Assembly (NCBI GenBank): GCA_950097015.1
Contig: CATNEN010000031.1
Span: 3,038,001 to 3,102,000 of the forward strand
DNA length: 64,000 nt
Direction of reading: 5' to 3'
Source of the DNA: Macrostomum hystrix
Lineage: Eukaryota > Animalia > Platyhelminthes
The translations under genes were made by a program, and so were the position numbers. Positions 1 to 13,312 of this stretch are shown in pieces. Positions within the stretch are counted from its first letter, which is position 1, and every line of letters starts with the position of its first letter. The notes under the pieces were generated by a model, which saw nothing but the letters and a program-made list of their open reading frames with translations, was not told the DNA's origin and did not search any database.

Positions 1-460
1 AATTGTGAATATAATTTTAGTTAATTTATGCATTGTTTTCATAATAAGAAGCAAATCATTAATGCTGTTTTAGTAAACATTTGCTTTAAACAGCTACCAT
101 TTTTATGTACTCACTATTGCCAAAACCATAAAAAGAAAGAAGTAAATAAAACTATCATAAAAAGTATTTGTTATGTTACTTCAGTTAAATGACAATGCAG
201 TGTATAGGGATACAAAAGGCAGAATAGCACTTATCACAATGATCAGCAAGACAATGTAATTGGTATTGGCTGGATGGCCTAGTTGTCTAGTCTTAACAAT
301 TTAATAAGTTTCATTTCTATAGACCTATTGATTTTCCTGCTAGAATACATGTAAGTATACATATAAGTGTACAAACTTATATATACAAATCTAAGTATCT
401 GTGTGATTTTATTTATGCACTATGCATTAAAATTTGGCATCCCTACATATTCACCCACAG

Positions 461-2223
461 GTCTCACATTCTTGAGGAGGTGCGCTCAAATGCAACCCAG
501 AGTCTGCCAGCTCCCAAGAGTCTCCTGGTTCTAGGCGATGTCAGCTCAGGCAAGTCGGCTTTAGTTGCCCGACTAAAGGGCGAAGAAGGTCTCAGCAAAG
601 GCCACGGCCTGGAGTATCACTACCTGGATGTGACAGACTCAGCTGGGCGCGAAGCCGACAGTCGGCTTGGCGTCTGGATCCTAGACGGCGATCCGTTTCA
701 CCAGAATCTGCTGCGCTTCGCGCTGACCCGGGCCAACTTTTCCGACACCCTTGTGCTGCTAGTGGGCAGCGCCGAGTCGCCCTGGTCGCTAATTGAGTCC
801 CTTCAGCAGTGGGCAGACATTCTGACGCGCTTTATTGACCGTCTCGGCCTAGACGCCGACGAGTTAAAAGAGGCTCGCGACTCTCTGGCGCGCCAGTTTG
901 TCGACTACGTCGAGCCAGATGCCGACTCGGCTAATGCGCAACAAGCTGCCGCTGCCGCCGCCGCAGCCGCCGCCGCTGCTGCTGCAGCTACTCCCAGCGT
1001 TGCTTCCTCGACAGCCTCCTTGGCGGCAAGGAGGGCACCAAATCCATTGCACCCGCCAGCTGATCCAGATAAGGTGGCCCTGCCCCTGCCAGAGGGTGCT
1101 CTCATTAACAATCTGGGCCTACCGTTAGTTGTCGTGGTAACCAAAAGCGACGCAATGGCAGGCGTGTTAGAAAAAGAGTTTGATTATAAGGAGGAACACT
1201 TTGACTTTTTGCAGTATCATCTGCGCTGCTTCTGTCTCAAATGTGAGTGTTAAAATCGATTCTAAATATGTGCTAGATTTTTCTCATTGCGATTAAGTGA
1301 CCAAGTGCGCCCTTTGTCATTCGCTTCTGTTTTCAGACGGCGCCGCCCTAGTCTATACTTCCGTGCGCGAAGACAAAAACTGCGCCCTACTGCGCAGCTA
1401 CCTACTCCATCGGGCCTACGGCTCGCCGTGTCCACATGCACCATACGTTGTTGAACGCGACTGCGTGTTTGTGCCAGCTGGCTGGGACAGCCAGGCCAAG
1501 GCCTACCTGCTGGCTGCCAGCACCGGCTCGCTCACTAAGGATCTGTCTAATACGCCCTTCAGTGACGTCATCGCCAGGCCGCCCGGCTTCGCCGGCGGAG
1601 TCCGACGGGCCGCCGGCTCAACGCCCGGCCGTGGTGGCGGTGGCGGCGCCGGCGGTGGTCAGGCAGGCGCTGGCGGAGACGCCGAGCAGGCCGAGGATGA
1701 GCAGGTGTTCCTGTCCAGACTGCAGGCCGCCCTGCTCAAACAGTCGGCTGCTCCGGTTGGAGGCGCCAGTGTCGGCGTGTCATCCGCTGCGCCTGGCGTT
1801 GTCGGTACCGGCGCGCCCGGAGCAACCCGTTCCAGCGTCGGCGGCGGCGGCGTCGGCCCAGTCAAGCCGGGCGGAGCTGCCGCCGGCCGCCTGCCGCCTG
1901 GCGCCGCCGGCCAAGGCCAAAGCGCAGCGATGGGCGCCAACGACGGAGTGCTGGCGAACTTCTTCAATTCGCTGCTATCGAAGCGATCTGGCGCCGGCGT
2001 GGCGCCCGGTCAGCAGCCGCATCAGCAGCTGGCCTCGCCTGCTGCTGGCGGCGCTTCGCCAGCCGGCGCCGCCGGAAATTCAGCGCCAGCCAAGATGCAG
2101 CATCAGCAGCAGAAGTCGCTGGACTCGCCAGCGGACGCTGCTGGGGCCGCCCCTGGCGACGAGGACTCCCCTGGTGATGTCCCGGTTAAGCGTGTGGCGC
2201 CGGCAACGCCCGCCCAATCCTAG
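461..2223 (+). CDS. DYNC1LI: Cytoplasmic dynein 1 light intermediate chain (5'-partial; exons 461-1242, 1337-2223)
   Basis: P-loop-like GDVSSGKS, VWILDGD, and GLPLVVVVTKSDA. The splice AAA T|gt(1243)...ag(1336)|AC GGC rebuilds YGAALVYTS, and the C-terminal adaptor-binding helix GVLANFFNSLLSK is present. The acceptor at 459-460 is phase 2, so the start exon lies upstream. Confidence 0.93.
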
Positions 2224-3425
2224 GCTGTGTGACCTGGCCAACTAATCATCAGCTGGCCGGCTGGTATCGTCTACATCCTGATTGTTGAATTTCTTGGCAA
2301 CCCAGCCGTGTCATTCCTGCCTTTCGCTGTTCATCTACCCATTTGTACTACCTATATTTGGTTCCAAAATGAATTTCGGAGAGTCGCTAGTACATTCTTC
2401 TTGAGCAATTCTTATGTTATTATACACACGCCTATAGTAACTCAAGCCTTTCCGTGTCTGCACTCATGTGTGTGCACTTAGCCAAGTGCGAGGTGAGGGT
2501 GGGTCCCTGTGGGAATTGGCGCGATTATTCTTATATACGAGGTAGTTTATTGTCTCATCTATCCTGACCGGTTATTTATGTTTCTATTATATTTCTACAG
2601 AGAATCAGTGTCTGCGTTTGTTTTGGCGCTTTGGGTCGAAAAAAGCTACGCTTTTAAGAAGCACTTCAAACCTAAACAACAGTACTATGGCTTTCTATCG
2701 TGTACAGAAAATTGCTCCTTGACTCCAATAACCCAAAGCTCAATGTACGAGCTTCAATATAAATATTCTACAGAGTGCACAACAGCCTTGAAAGTAATTT
2801 TCGTATTGTGGCTCATTATTCAAATAATCGATTATCTTATGGCTTGCCTGAAAATTCATTCGATTACTTTTATTATATTTATTTATATTTTTAATAAAAT
2901 ATAGGTCTCAACAAAAAATTCGACATTCAATTAGATCTAATTCTATGATAAACAACAGTCGGTCACAATGTCTGTTTTTGGGAAACTCTTTAGATGAATT
3001 CTGTTTTAATTTTAACTATCAACTTAGTTCATGTCATTTCTCCCTTGGTGTGTTGTACGTGATATATTATTTTGAAATCCATTCTAAGATGAATATTGCA
3101 ATTGCAACTGACTGTTAGCGCTTAAAACCTGCTGAATGACAAATTGGCTTTAAACCATGTAACTAAACAGTTGTATTAGTAATCTGCACACATTATTTAT
3201 GCAAACACGCACACAATGCGCCAGAAGGGACTCGCAAGTTAGCTATCGTTGAATATATAATAAACTTTTTTCTCTCTACTGAAAGCGGCCATTTTTTACA
3301 ATTTCAAATGGCAATTTTGTTCAAATCATTTTTCACCAATAAACAATTCAACTTTTCTGCTCTTTGTTCTTTTGTGCAATCTGATATTCTGAGAGGTTTG
3401 CCCTGCAGGTTTTTGGGGTGGACCG

Positions 3426-4057
3426 TCCCATTGATCTAGGAGGTTAGTGGGCTGTCCCATTGATGTAGGTTAGTGAGCTCTCCCATTGATGTAGGAGGTT
3501 AGTGGGCTGTCCCATTGATCTGGGAGGTTAGTGGGCTGTCCCATTGATCTGGGAGGTTAGTGGGCTGTCCCATTGATGTAGTAGGTTAGTGGGCTGTCCC
3601 ATTGATGTAGTAGGTTAGTGGGCTGTCCCATTGATGTAGTAGGTTAGTGGGCTGTCCCATTGATATATGAGGTTAGTGGGCTGTCCCATTGATCTGGGAG
3701 GTTAGTGGGCTGTCCCATTGATATAGGAGGTTAGTGGGCTGTCCCATTGATCTGGGAGGTTAGTGGGCTGTCCCATTGATATATGAGGTTAGTGGGCTGT
3801 CCCATTGATCTGGGAGGTTAGTGGGCTGTCCCATTGATCTGGGAGGTTAGTGGGCTGTCCCATTGATGTGTGAGGTTAGTGGGCTGTCCCATTGGTCTGG
3901 GAGGTTAGTGGGCTGTCCCATTGATGTGTGAGGTTAGTGGGCTGTCCCATTGATGTGTGAGGTTAGTGGGCTGTCCCATTGATATATGAGGTTAGTGGGC
4001 TGTCCCATCTGGGAGGTTAGTGGGCTGTCCCATTGATGTGTGAGGTTAGTGGGCTGT
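3426..4057. repeat. 29-bp minisatellite (GAGGTTAGTGGGCTGTCCCATTGATCTGG)n, about 21 copies, between the convergent DLIC and GAPVD1 3' ends
   Basis: Direct reading. Confidence 0.95.
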
Positions 4058-4850
4058 GAGCATTTCTATTTATTGTTCCGTGTGTTGCTTCTAACTTGAG
4101 AACGATATAAAATCTTGTAAAAGACAGGACATACTCGTATTTCTTTATTTCAGCACTGAGCTTAAATTATGCAATAGTTTATTAGTACACAGCAGAGCTA
4201 GGGTGTGCGCTGTTAGTCAGCAAATCAAAATCGAGTCAAAAGGTGCTCGGGGGATTGAAAAGTGAACTGAGGAAATCCAGTCTAGACACAGGGCTCCAAC
4301 AAAAATGGATTGGACAGCAGTTAATAAATTGTTCTGATCTATCAGAAATCCAAGCTTGACATTTAGATGAGGACAGCATAATTCAAAATGCTAGATTGAG
4401 ATGTCCTTGGTTAAGCTTTACAACTAATTACGATAAAAGAAATCAAGCAGGCTCTTTACTTAGAGTAGTAAGAATAGTGAATGTGCGGTATTAATAGAGG
4501 AATCAAGAAAGCATGCTTGAATTGTTGTGTTGTTTCAGATTTCCGCAGCTGGCGGGCAAGTATGAGTTCAATTCTCGTCATTACAAGTACAATCAAGTAC
4601 CATTGTTCAATGTGCAATATTATATTCGATACTGAATGGACTCCAGGGACTTGGGCATGCACAATAAAAACTAATTAAAATAAAATCGCTCATTAGTTAC
4701 ACATTGTGCATGCACTGATGATGCTACTGTAAGTAGAAAGAAATACACGAATACTAAAATATTAAATTAACATATTGCCAGTACAAACGAGAATCAAATT
4801 GAAGATTTCAGTGAGACAAAACAGTTTTTGTAAATTGAAAATTGTTTCAT

Positions 4851-7800
4851 TCAACTGGCGGGTCGGCTCTGCTCGCAAGTGGCCAGCATGTTCTTAATAA
4901 ACTGAATGGCGCTATCGAACTGAGTCCAGAAGTAGCACTCTGCGCCCATGCGCATTGCTAGCCTTTCACCATAGACATCCCGGACATACTCGAGCTGGCT
5001 TAGCAGGGCCGGCGGGTTGGCTTTGATTACAACGAACACGAACGCCGGCAGTAGGTCGTCGGCGCTTAGCGGCCTCTCGCAGGACAGGTACAGCAGCCGG
5101 CTGAGCAGGTCGTAGGCGCGCCGGACGCAGGCGACCTTGTCGCGGGCCAGCTTGAAAACTGGCAGAAGGCGGAGTTGCTCCTGGGCCGGCAGCCAGGGAC
5201 AGCCGGAGTGGAAGGCGCGTGGAATGCGCAACAGGCGGTGGCTAGGCGACAGGCCGCGGCCAAGCTCGTCCAGGGCTCGCTGCGAGAGCGAAGGTGGGAG
5301 CAACAGCGTACTGAAGGTGGACTATGACTGTACTGAAGGTGGACTGTTACTGTACTGAAGGTGGACTATGACTGTACTGAAGGTGAACTATGACTGTACT
5401 GAAGGTGGACTGTGACTGTACTGAAGGTGGACTATAACTGTACTGAAGGTGGACTATAACTGTACTGAAGGTTGACTATAACTGTACTGAAGGTGGACTA
5501 TAACTGTACTGAAGGTGGACTATGACTGTACTGAAGGTGGACTATAACTGTACTGAAGGTGAACTATGACTGTACTGAAGGTGAACTGTGACTGTACTGA
5601 AGGTGAACTGTGACTGTACTGAAGGTGGACTGTGACTGTACTGAAGGTGGACTATAACTGTACTGAAGGTGGACTATAACTGTACTGAAGGTGGACTATG
5701 ACTGTACTGAAGGTGGACTATGACTGTACTGAAGGTGGACTGTGACTGTACAGATGGTGGACTGTGACAGAGTACTGAAGGTGGACTGTGGCTGTACAGA
5801 TGGTGGACTGTGACAGAGTACTTAAGACGGAGCGTGAAGACTGGATTGTGACAGTGTAATGAAGGCGAGTGTGACATTAAAGGTCGGAGTGACAAAAGTT
5901 CGAGGAACGAGTTCGAGGGACGAGTGGGTTGGGACAGTTAGCAAACATAAATAAATTGAATAATAATAGCAGTGAAGCAGCAGCAGCAGCAACGCACGCG
6001 GAACACTTCGTCACGCTCCTGCATGACTAGCATGTCGTTGGAGCCGCTCAGGTAGGCGTAGACCTCTGGATAGCTGACCAGCCAGCGCTCGATGTAGTCG
6101 CATGACTGCTGCACCAGATCGCCAGCCGGCGAGTCCTCAGACGGGGACGAGTCTGGCTGATCGGCCAGGCCAGCTGACCGGGTCCAGTTCAGCCTGGCGC
6201 ACAGGTGGGCCACCAGTTTCTGAGTCTCTTCGCACTTCTCATCGGCCGAATTGCAGCGGCGCAGTGTGGCCTGGAGGGCGCGCACTTCGTGCTCGTCCCA
6301 GCGTTTTAGGAAAGCGCGCAGCTCGCACAGCAGCAGCTGTTGAAAGGCCAGCCGGCGCGAGTGGCGAAGACGGCGAAGCGCGTGCTCGGCCCGGTCCCGC
6401 CTGGCCGCCAGGGCGTGTCGGGTGTTCACCAGGTAGGCGGCGTAGACGGCCCGCTGCTTCAAGTCGCGACGCATCGCCAAAAGGAGCCGCTTTAGGGCGT
6501 GTGAATCGAATGGAGCCAGCAGGGCCAAAAGGTCGGCCAGGGCGGCGGCCAATTGGTCCAGGCCAAGCTCGGCTGCCTCGGCCAGCTGGCGCCTCAGCAA
6601 GTCGCCGACTCCGCCGCTGGCATTCGTTGAAGCCTCGCCGATCGGAGGCAGAAGGCGAAACTCTGGACTAGTCAGGGCGGAGCGGAGACGACGCTTGGCT
6701 TCGGCGAATGCCGGACTGTCCTCCGGGTTGTTCGGGTCGTAGAATGGCGGCGCGGCCTCTTCAGCATCGTTACCATCGACGACATCGTCGCCGCTGGCGT
6801 CGTTTGCGGCCGCCGCGACAGCATTAGCAGACGCCGATGAGGACGCCGCAGTGACCGACAAACCGGACGGCCCGGCGGGCGGCTTCCTGGCGGTCTTATA
6901 TTTGGTGAACACCAGATCCGCAGCCGACAGTTGCCCAGTGGACGACGAGGTTGTCGGTTCCGATTCGGCAGCGGTGCTGGCGCCACCACCAACGATGCTG
7001 CCAGACTTGGCCGCGGCATTCAGAAGTGTTTTCTTGGCCAGCGGCTTCTTCAACTTGCCCGCCGGTCCGGCTGGCCGAGAAAGTCGGCCGGCGCCGCTGC
7101 CGCCGCCAACGGCGCCTCCAGCAGCGCCGCCTCCGGGCTCGCTGCCGGTGTCGCTGACGCCGAGTGCCACAGAAGCTTCGGCGTGGTCGTCCTGCGATCG
7201 ACGACGAATGGCGGCGGAGGTAGCGGCGGCTGCAGTGGTCACTCCTGCGCCCTTGGCAGCCGACACGCTGCTGCTGCAGTTGCTTTCAGTCTCATCGAAA
7301 TCTTCGTTAAGCCGCTCAGAGTTTTTATCGTCGGCCTCGCTGGCCGGGACTTCTATCGAGAACTTGTCATCATTGTCTAGCATGAGATCCCGCGCGTTGG
7401 CCTCCCGGTCACCTTCGCTGTCAATGACGGATGTTGACCACAGATCGTCGGGTCTTTCAACTGGCGACAAATCGCGCTGCGGGGGCGGAATGTCAAACTT
7501 ATTAAACCGCTCCGTGACGTCCTTGCCGCTGCTGCCGTCTGGCAAAGCGTCCAGCGGACTATCCCGACCGCTGATGCTAGGAGTGCCGCGGCCGCTCACA
7601 TTGGCGGAGACCAGGCTCTCGTCTTCTTCGTCCATCTCAACTGACGGCGCGCTGTGCGTGGAAGCTACTTCCGAGATAGCGGTCTCACTAACAATCTCTA
7701 AGCAGTCGCCGCCACTGCCGCCGCCTCCTCCGCCTCCGCCGTGCTGACTGCCAGACGCTGAGCCAGCTTCCGAGTCAACCCCGGCGCCACTGAGCGAGAA

Positions 7801-10800
7801 TCGCGTTTTCTTCTCGCTCCCTCCGCCACCGCCGCTGCTTTTATAGGATTCTTCCGGCGCAAATATTGACACCCTGGCGCGTTTGCTGGCCTTCTCTAGT
7901 ACTCGATCCTCGGGCAGGAGACCGGGACAGTCGGCCGGCGGGTCCAGCTGCAGGATCAGGACGTCGCGGGACTGGCGAATCTGTACGGGGAGCAAATGGA
8001 GTGAAACTTTTAAACAGTAATTCCAGACCTTTAGCGTCTTTCTCTGGCGTCTTCTTCTAAAAGAAAATACCAACCATTTCTTGTCCGGAGTCCAACGCGT
8101 TTAGCGACTCAGTTGACCCCGTTAGCGGCGAATGGCTGCCTCCTCCGCCAACGCCTCCGCTGCCGCTTAAATTGCCGAGTATTGAAACCACCTGACGGCG
8201 ACGATGTATCGAGGGCGAGGAGCTGGCAGCGGGCGACTGATGATGATGCGCCGACGAAGACGACGAGGACGAGGCATTCAAGCCGATGCCGTGATGAGCT
8301 GGCGACGCCGCGGCTGACAGAGTGCCAGACGCAGCCATCGAACTGCTGCTAGCTGGCAATGACCGGCCAGGCACGGTCTCGGGCAGGTCGGCCAGGCAGG
8401 CTTCCAGTCGACGCCGCTGGGACGCGGCTGCGGTTGTGGCCGCCTCGTCCTGGCCAGCCGAACTGCTGGAGGCCGACGCCGAGGACGCTACGCGGCAGGC
8501 GCGAACTATCAGGTCGAGGTCGTCCGGAGTGACAGCCAAACTGCTCAACTGCAGCTGCTGATGCTGCTGCTGCTGCTGCAGGCCGGCCACTGGGCCGCTT
8601 AGTCCGGTGCCGATGCGCAGCAGGCTGTCCAGCCAGCCGGTGAGGCAGTCCGGCTCGAACTGGCCGAAGATCTCCGGACTATAGACACGAGAGTCTAAAG
8701 TGCCGCCCTGGCAGAGCGCCTCCAACACCTGGCCCATCTGCATGAGGTTGTTCCTCTGGATATAGTTGATAGCCACACTGCCAACAATGCCGCTGTGCTC
8801 GGGATCCAGCAGGGCCGGTATCAGGTAGTGCTGAAACACCAGATGGCCGCACAGCGAGCGAGCCGCCACCGGCGACATTCTGGCGCCTGGCCGACCGCCG
8901 GCCTGACGATGCAGGCCGCTCAGTAGCCAGAGGAATGGGCGCGGAAAGACGTGCGTGTTGTCGCGCAGCTCGTCAATGAATAGGCGGGCCAGGCGGGCCA
9001 CTCTGAACCAATTCGGTTGGGAATATTGTTTACCAATTATTAATTATCCCAATTCTACAAAATTGGCAATTCCCAATTGCCGATATTCAACTATAGAAAT
9101 AATAACAATGGGAGAGCAACTCATCTGCCTGTAATTTTTTTGCCTTCTTAAACTTTCTTAAACCAAGGACTAAGGTCCTTTTAGTAGCACAAGGACGGGA
9201 AGCTGCGTTTCTAAGAAATAGCTTAGGAGGCTGGTTTTGCCGAAAAAACACTAAGAAGATAGGAAATGTCTACTTTTCACACTGAAAAACGATGGCTTTT
9301 TTAGCTACCAAGTTTTCACAAACAATGCTTGATCCAATTCCAGCAAAAACAAATACTAGATCTTAACAGAAAAAAAGAAAATTTCCTATCTCCAAAAAGC
9401 ATGTTTCGAAGAAACCTTCGAATACTTCTAACCCAAACTTTCGCTCGATACTTCCACTCATAAAAAATGACAAAATCACCTGTCCGCCATCTGTTTGCGG
9501 TAGTCTCGCACGCAGGCCTCGAACTGTTCGCTGCCCTCCTTGCCGAACATGTGCTCGCGTCGATCGCGACAGAACCGATCCTGCATGTTAACAGACGGAA
9601 ATTAAATGACTGTTGATTGACAGCTGTTTGGATAATTACCGATTGAGCTAAACTATAACAATTAAATAATGCAGTGGAGTGCCACGATAGGCAGTGGAGT
9701 GCCGAGGAAGGAAATGGAGTGACAAGAAAGGCAGTGGAGTGCCGAGGAAGGAAATGGAGTGACAAGAAAGGCAGTGGAGTGCCGAGGAAGGAAATGGAGT
9801 GACAAGAAAGGGAATGGAGTGCGAAGAAAGGGAATGGAGTGCCAAGAAAGGCAGCGGAATGCGAAGAATGGCAGCGGAGTGCCAAGAAAGGCATTGCAAA
9901 GTGGACTTATTAATAGGAAACCGCAACATATAGATAAAAAGGGGACGTAACGTTGCAAAGACAGCGGGTTGCTAAGGGGTCCGTAGAGCTGTAATTATTG
10001 CAGAACTGTGAGTAAGGCATCGCAGCCGCACACCTGCACAGCCTTGTTAAGATCCAGGTCCAAGAAGACGTCGTTAAACTCTGCCAGCAGGGTGTGAATC
10101 GGTCGGCGCAGGGTCTGCACCAGGAACCCGCCGGCTCCGGCGTCCAGGCTCAGCCGGAGCAGCCGGACGAAGGCGGCTGTGCCGCGCGACAGCAGCTTCA
10201 CCGGATTGTCCAACGGAAGCACCTGCGGTAGGGAAGGAGGCGAGATTAAATGCTTCACTTCTCAAAAGCTGACGTCTCACACATTTTACACTTCAAGGGG
10301 GTTTAGTGGCAGAGCGGTCTAACGCGTTTCCCTCTCGCACCAAGGTCCCTAAGCTCGATTCCGCTGCGAGGCCGCATTCATTCGGGGCGCAGCCGCGCAA
10401 TTGACAGCCTTGAAGGCCAACCTCCAAGGCACAGTGAGAGTGTATACTGCCTGACGATGAGAAAGTCTGGGCAGATGTACACACCTGTGTGAGCGTATGC
10501 CTGCGTACAGTAGTCAGCGAGTGTCACCAAATGATGTGCCATTGTCCACAGCCCTCCGGTAAATAAAATGTTAAAATATTTTTAACTTCACACCTTTTTA
10601 AGAAGGGCTTAAACCTCGCACCTTCTAATTTCAGACATCTAAAAGTACATATTAATCTTCACAACTTTACTTCCCACCTATTATACTTCATTCAATGACA
10701 TCGTCTTTAAGCCTCATCAAAGATGTAAACCTGTAGAAAGTTCACATTACAGACCTGAATCTCCATGAGGCGCATCAGGGTCTGATAGCAGGCCTCCTCA

Positions 10801-11787
10801 GAAGCTTCCGTTAGACAATGGCCAAACAGGCAGGCATACAGGCACTGCAGCAGTCGGGGCAGGCAGCCCACAGCCGCAGAGTCCGGGTCCGTGTCGGCCA
10901 GCGGTCGGCGTTCAACAGTGAGCAGAACGTGAGCCAGCAGGTCCGGGCTAGTCCGCAGCAGGCGCAGCAGGTCAGCATACTTGTGCTCGTGGCAGGTCAG
11001 CAGCGAGTAGCCGTCCCGAAAGCGGAGATCCGAGTCCAGAGCGGCGGCAAAGCGGGACAGATCAACGCAGCCGTTCGACGAGGCGGCGGCTGCGGCCTCC
11101 CTACTGAGCAGGCGCTGCTGAAGGTGCAGGCGAAAACTTTCGTGCAGAATTCGACGGGAAGCGTCGCTAAGCTGGTCAAACAGCTGCCGGATGAGGTCCT
11201 TCTCGCAGCCGACAAACAGGCGCTCCTGCCGCAGCTGCTGGTGCAGGCTGGCCAGCTCGTCAGCTAGGCCCGACGGCGGTTGCTGCGATTCCAGAGGCTG
11301 CAGTGAGCGGGGTGGAGGCTGGAGTGAGCGGGGTGGAGGCTGGAGTGAGCAGGGTGGAGGCTGGAGTGAGCTGGGTGGAGGCTGGAGTGAGCAGGGTGGA
11401 GGCTGGAGTGAGCGGGGTGGAGGCTGGAGTGAGCAGGGTGGAGGCTGGAGTGAGCTGGGTGGAGGCTGGAGTGAGCAGGGTGGAGGCTGGAGTGAGCGGG
11501 GTGGAGGCTGGAGTGAGCAGGGTGGAGGCTGGAGTGAGCTGGGTGGAGGCTGGAGTGAGCAGGGTGGAGGCTGGAGTGAGCGGGCTGGAGGCTGGAGTGA
11601 GCGGGCTGGAGGCTGCATTGAGCGGGGTGGAGGCTGGAGTGAGCGGGCTGGAGGCTGGAGTGAGCGGGCTGGAGGCTGCAGTGAGCGGGCTGGAGGCTGC
11701 AGGTGCTCCCGCTCTGACGTCTAACTGTCTCACACCCAGCACATATCCCATGGTCAGACAAGATCCCACACCCTGCACGGATCCCAT
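4851..11787 (-). CDS. GAPVD1: GTPase-activating protein and VPS9 domain-containing protein (GAPex-5/RME-6; RasGAP-like N-terminus, VPS9 Rab5-GEF C-terminus), about 1408 aa
   Basis: Exons (minus): 11787-11734 (tentative), 11297-10755, 10222-10034, 9580-9480, 9002-8075, 7980-5998, 5279-4851. All junctions are GT-AG and phase-consistent. LHQQLRQERLFVGCEKDLI matches the GAPVD1 N-terminus, NYIQRNNLMQMG the RasGAP end, and ADDLLPAFVFVVIKANPP...YFWTQFDSAIQFI the VPS9 domain. Confidence 0.92.
5308..5822. repeat. 22-bp minisatellite (GTACTGAAGGTGGACTATGACT)n in the last GAPVD1 intron
   Basis: Direct reading. Ends about 28 nt from the acceptor. Confidence 0.95.
9680..9895. repeat. About 20/40-bp purine-rich repeat in a GAPVD1 intron
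   Basis: Units of the form GGCAGTGGAGTGCCGAGGAAGGAAATGGAGTGACAAGAAA. Confidence 0.85.
10297..10560 (+). mobile_element. tRNA-derived SINE copy (internally deleted) in a GAPVD1 intron
   Basis: Same head, body and 3' end as the 48311 copy. Confidence 0.8.
11298..11703. repeat. 21-bp minisatellite abutting the GAPVD1 exon-2 acceptor
   Basis: (GGAGTGAGCGGGGTGGAGGCT)n, about 19 copies. On the minus strand each unit contains CAG|CCTC, like the real junction. Confidence 0.95.
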
Positions 11788-12344
11788 TATCAAACCTTTC
11801 TCATACCCTGCAGATCCTAAATAATTAGATAAAAAATAGACATAAAAACAGAAGACAAATAACTCAGACAATAAGTGCAGGCAGTAGTGGAATATAAAAT
11901 TTATATTCTAAATAAGGCAGAAAAGTCAGGCATTATAAAACTTGCAGCCAGATCTTTTTAGGCTTAAGCGATATAGTACAGAAACTAGCTGAGGGTGCTC
12001 TGAGTATACTCAACTTTGTATATATCTCCTATAAAAATTAAATCAGAAGATTTTACTGAATAGCAGGAAAACAAGCAAACAAAAGTAGGCTGCTAGAATA
12101 TAATATTTATAATATTATAAACATGAACCACTTACTAGCAGTATAATACTACAGTACTAGGGTTAGGTTTAACCTATTCCCTAACATAGTTATAATGTTA
12201 CTTGTAAGTACTCCTTAATTTATTTTTCGGTTTTGTATAAAAAGAAGGTACTAGTTATTAGTAATATTAAAACGATATTCGCATTATATTACTGTTTAGT
12301 AGCGCTTGCTTTTATGTTAAAATGGTCAGTTTTTTTATGGGACA

Positions 12345-13312
12345 GGGTTGGAGAGTGGGTCAGTCAGAGTTCCTGGAAACAGAGTGGGTCAGAGTTTTTT
12401 CCTGGAAACAGAGTTAGTCATTCAGAGTCCCTGGAAACAGAGTGGGTCAGAGTTATTTCCTGGAAACAGAGTGGGTCATTCAGAGTTCCTGGAAACAGAG
12501 TGGGTCATTCAGAGTTCCTGGAAACAGAGTAGGTCGGTCAGAGTTCCTGGAAACAGAGTGGGTCAGTCAGAGTTCCTGGAAACAGAGTGGGTCAGTCAGA
12601 GTTCCTGGAAACAGAGTGGGTCAGTCAGAGTTCCTGGAAACAGAGTGGGTCATTCAGAGTTCCTGGAAACAGAGTGGGTCATTCATGAGTTCCTGGAAAC
12701 AGAGTGGGTCAGTCAGAGTTCCTGGAAACAGAGTGGGTCATTCAGAGTTCATGGAAACAGAGTGGGTCATTCATGAGTTCCTGGAAACAGAGTGGGTCAG
12801 TCAGAGTTCCTGGAAACAGAGTGGGTCAGTCAGAGTTCCTGGAAACAGAGTGGGTCAGTCAGAGTTCATGGAAACAGAGTGGGTCAGTCAGAGTTCATGG
12901 AAACAGAGTGGGTCAGTCAGAGTTCCTGGAAACAGAGTGGGTCAGTCAGAGTTCCTGGAAACAGAGTGGGTCAGTCAGAGTTCCTGGAAACAGAGTGGGT
13001 CAGTCAGAGTTCCTGGAAACAGAGTGGGTCAGTCAGAGTTCCTGGAAACAGAGTGGGTCAGTGAGAGTTCCTGGAAACAGAGTGGGTCAGTCAGAGTTCC
13101 TGGAAACAGAGTGGGTCAGTCAGAGTTCCTGGAAACAAAGTGGGTCAGTCAGAGTTCCTGGAAACAGAGTGGGTCAGTCAGAGTTCCTGGAAACAAAGTG
13201 GGTCAGTCAGAGTTCCTGGAAACAGAGTGGGTCAGTCAGAGTTCCTGGAAACAAAGTGGGTCAGTCAGAGTTCCTGGAAACAGAGTGGGTCAGTCAGAGT
13301 TCCTGGAAACAG
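12345..13312. repeat. 29-bp minisatellite (GAGTTCCTGGAAACAGAGTGGGTCAGTCA)n, about 33 copies, between STAMBP and GAPVD1
   Basis: Direct reading. Confidence 0.95.

Noticed and set aside
2509-2904. 131-aa hydrophobic ORF after DLIC (and similar AT-rich ORFs at 4456-4678, 49463-49702, 53085-53357)
   Set aside because: AT-rich 3'-UTR or intergenic composition, mostly non-ATG starts, and no motifs.
3426-4057. CRISPR-like look: a constant hairpin-bearing segment alternating with a variable segment
   Set aside because: The variable part is only a few nt drawn from a few recurring variants, there are no unique spacers or cas genes, and the context is eukaryotic. It is a minisatellite.
6102-8561. Several long plus-strand ORFs opposite GAPVD1 (also those opposite the Gypsy ORF, CLEC16A and the 4-TM gene)
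   Set aside because: Typical antisense shadow frames of GC-rich coding DNA, with no recognisable domains.
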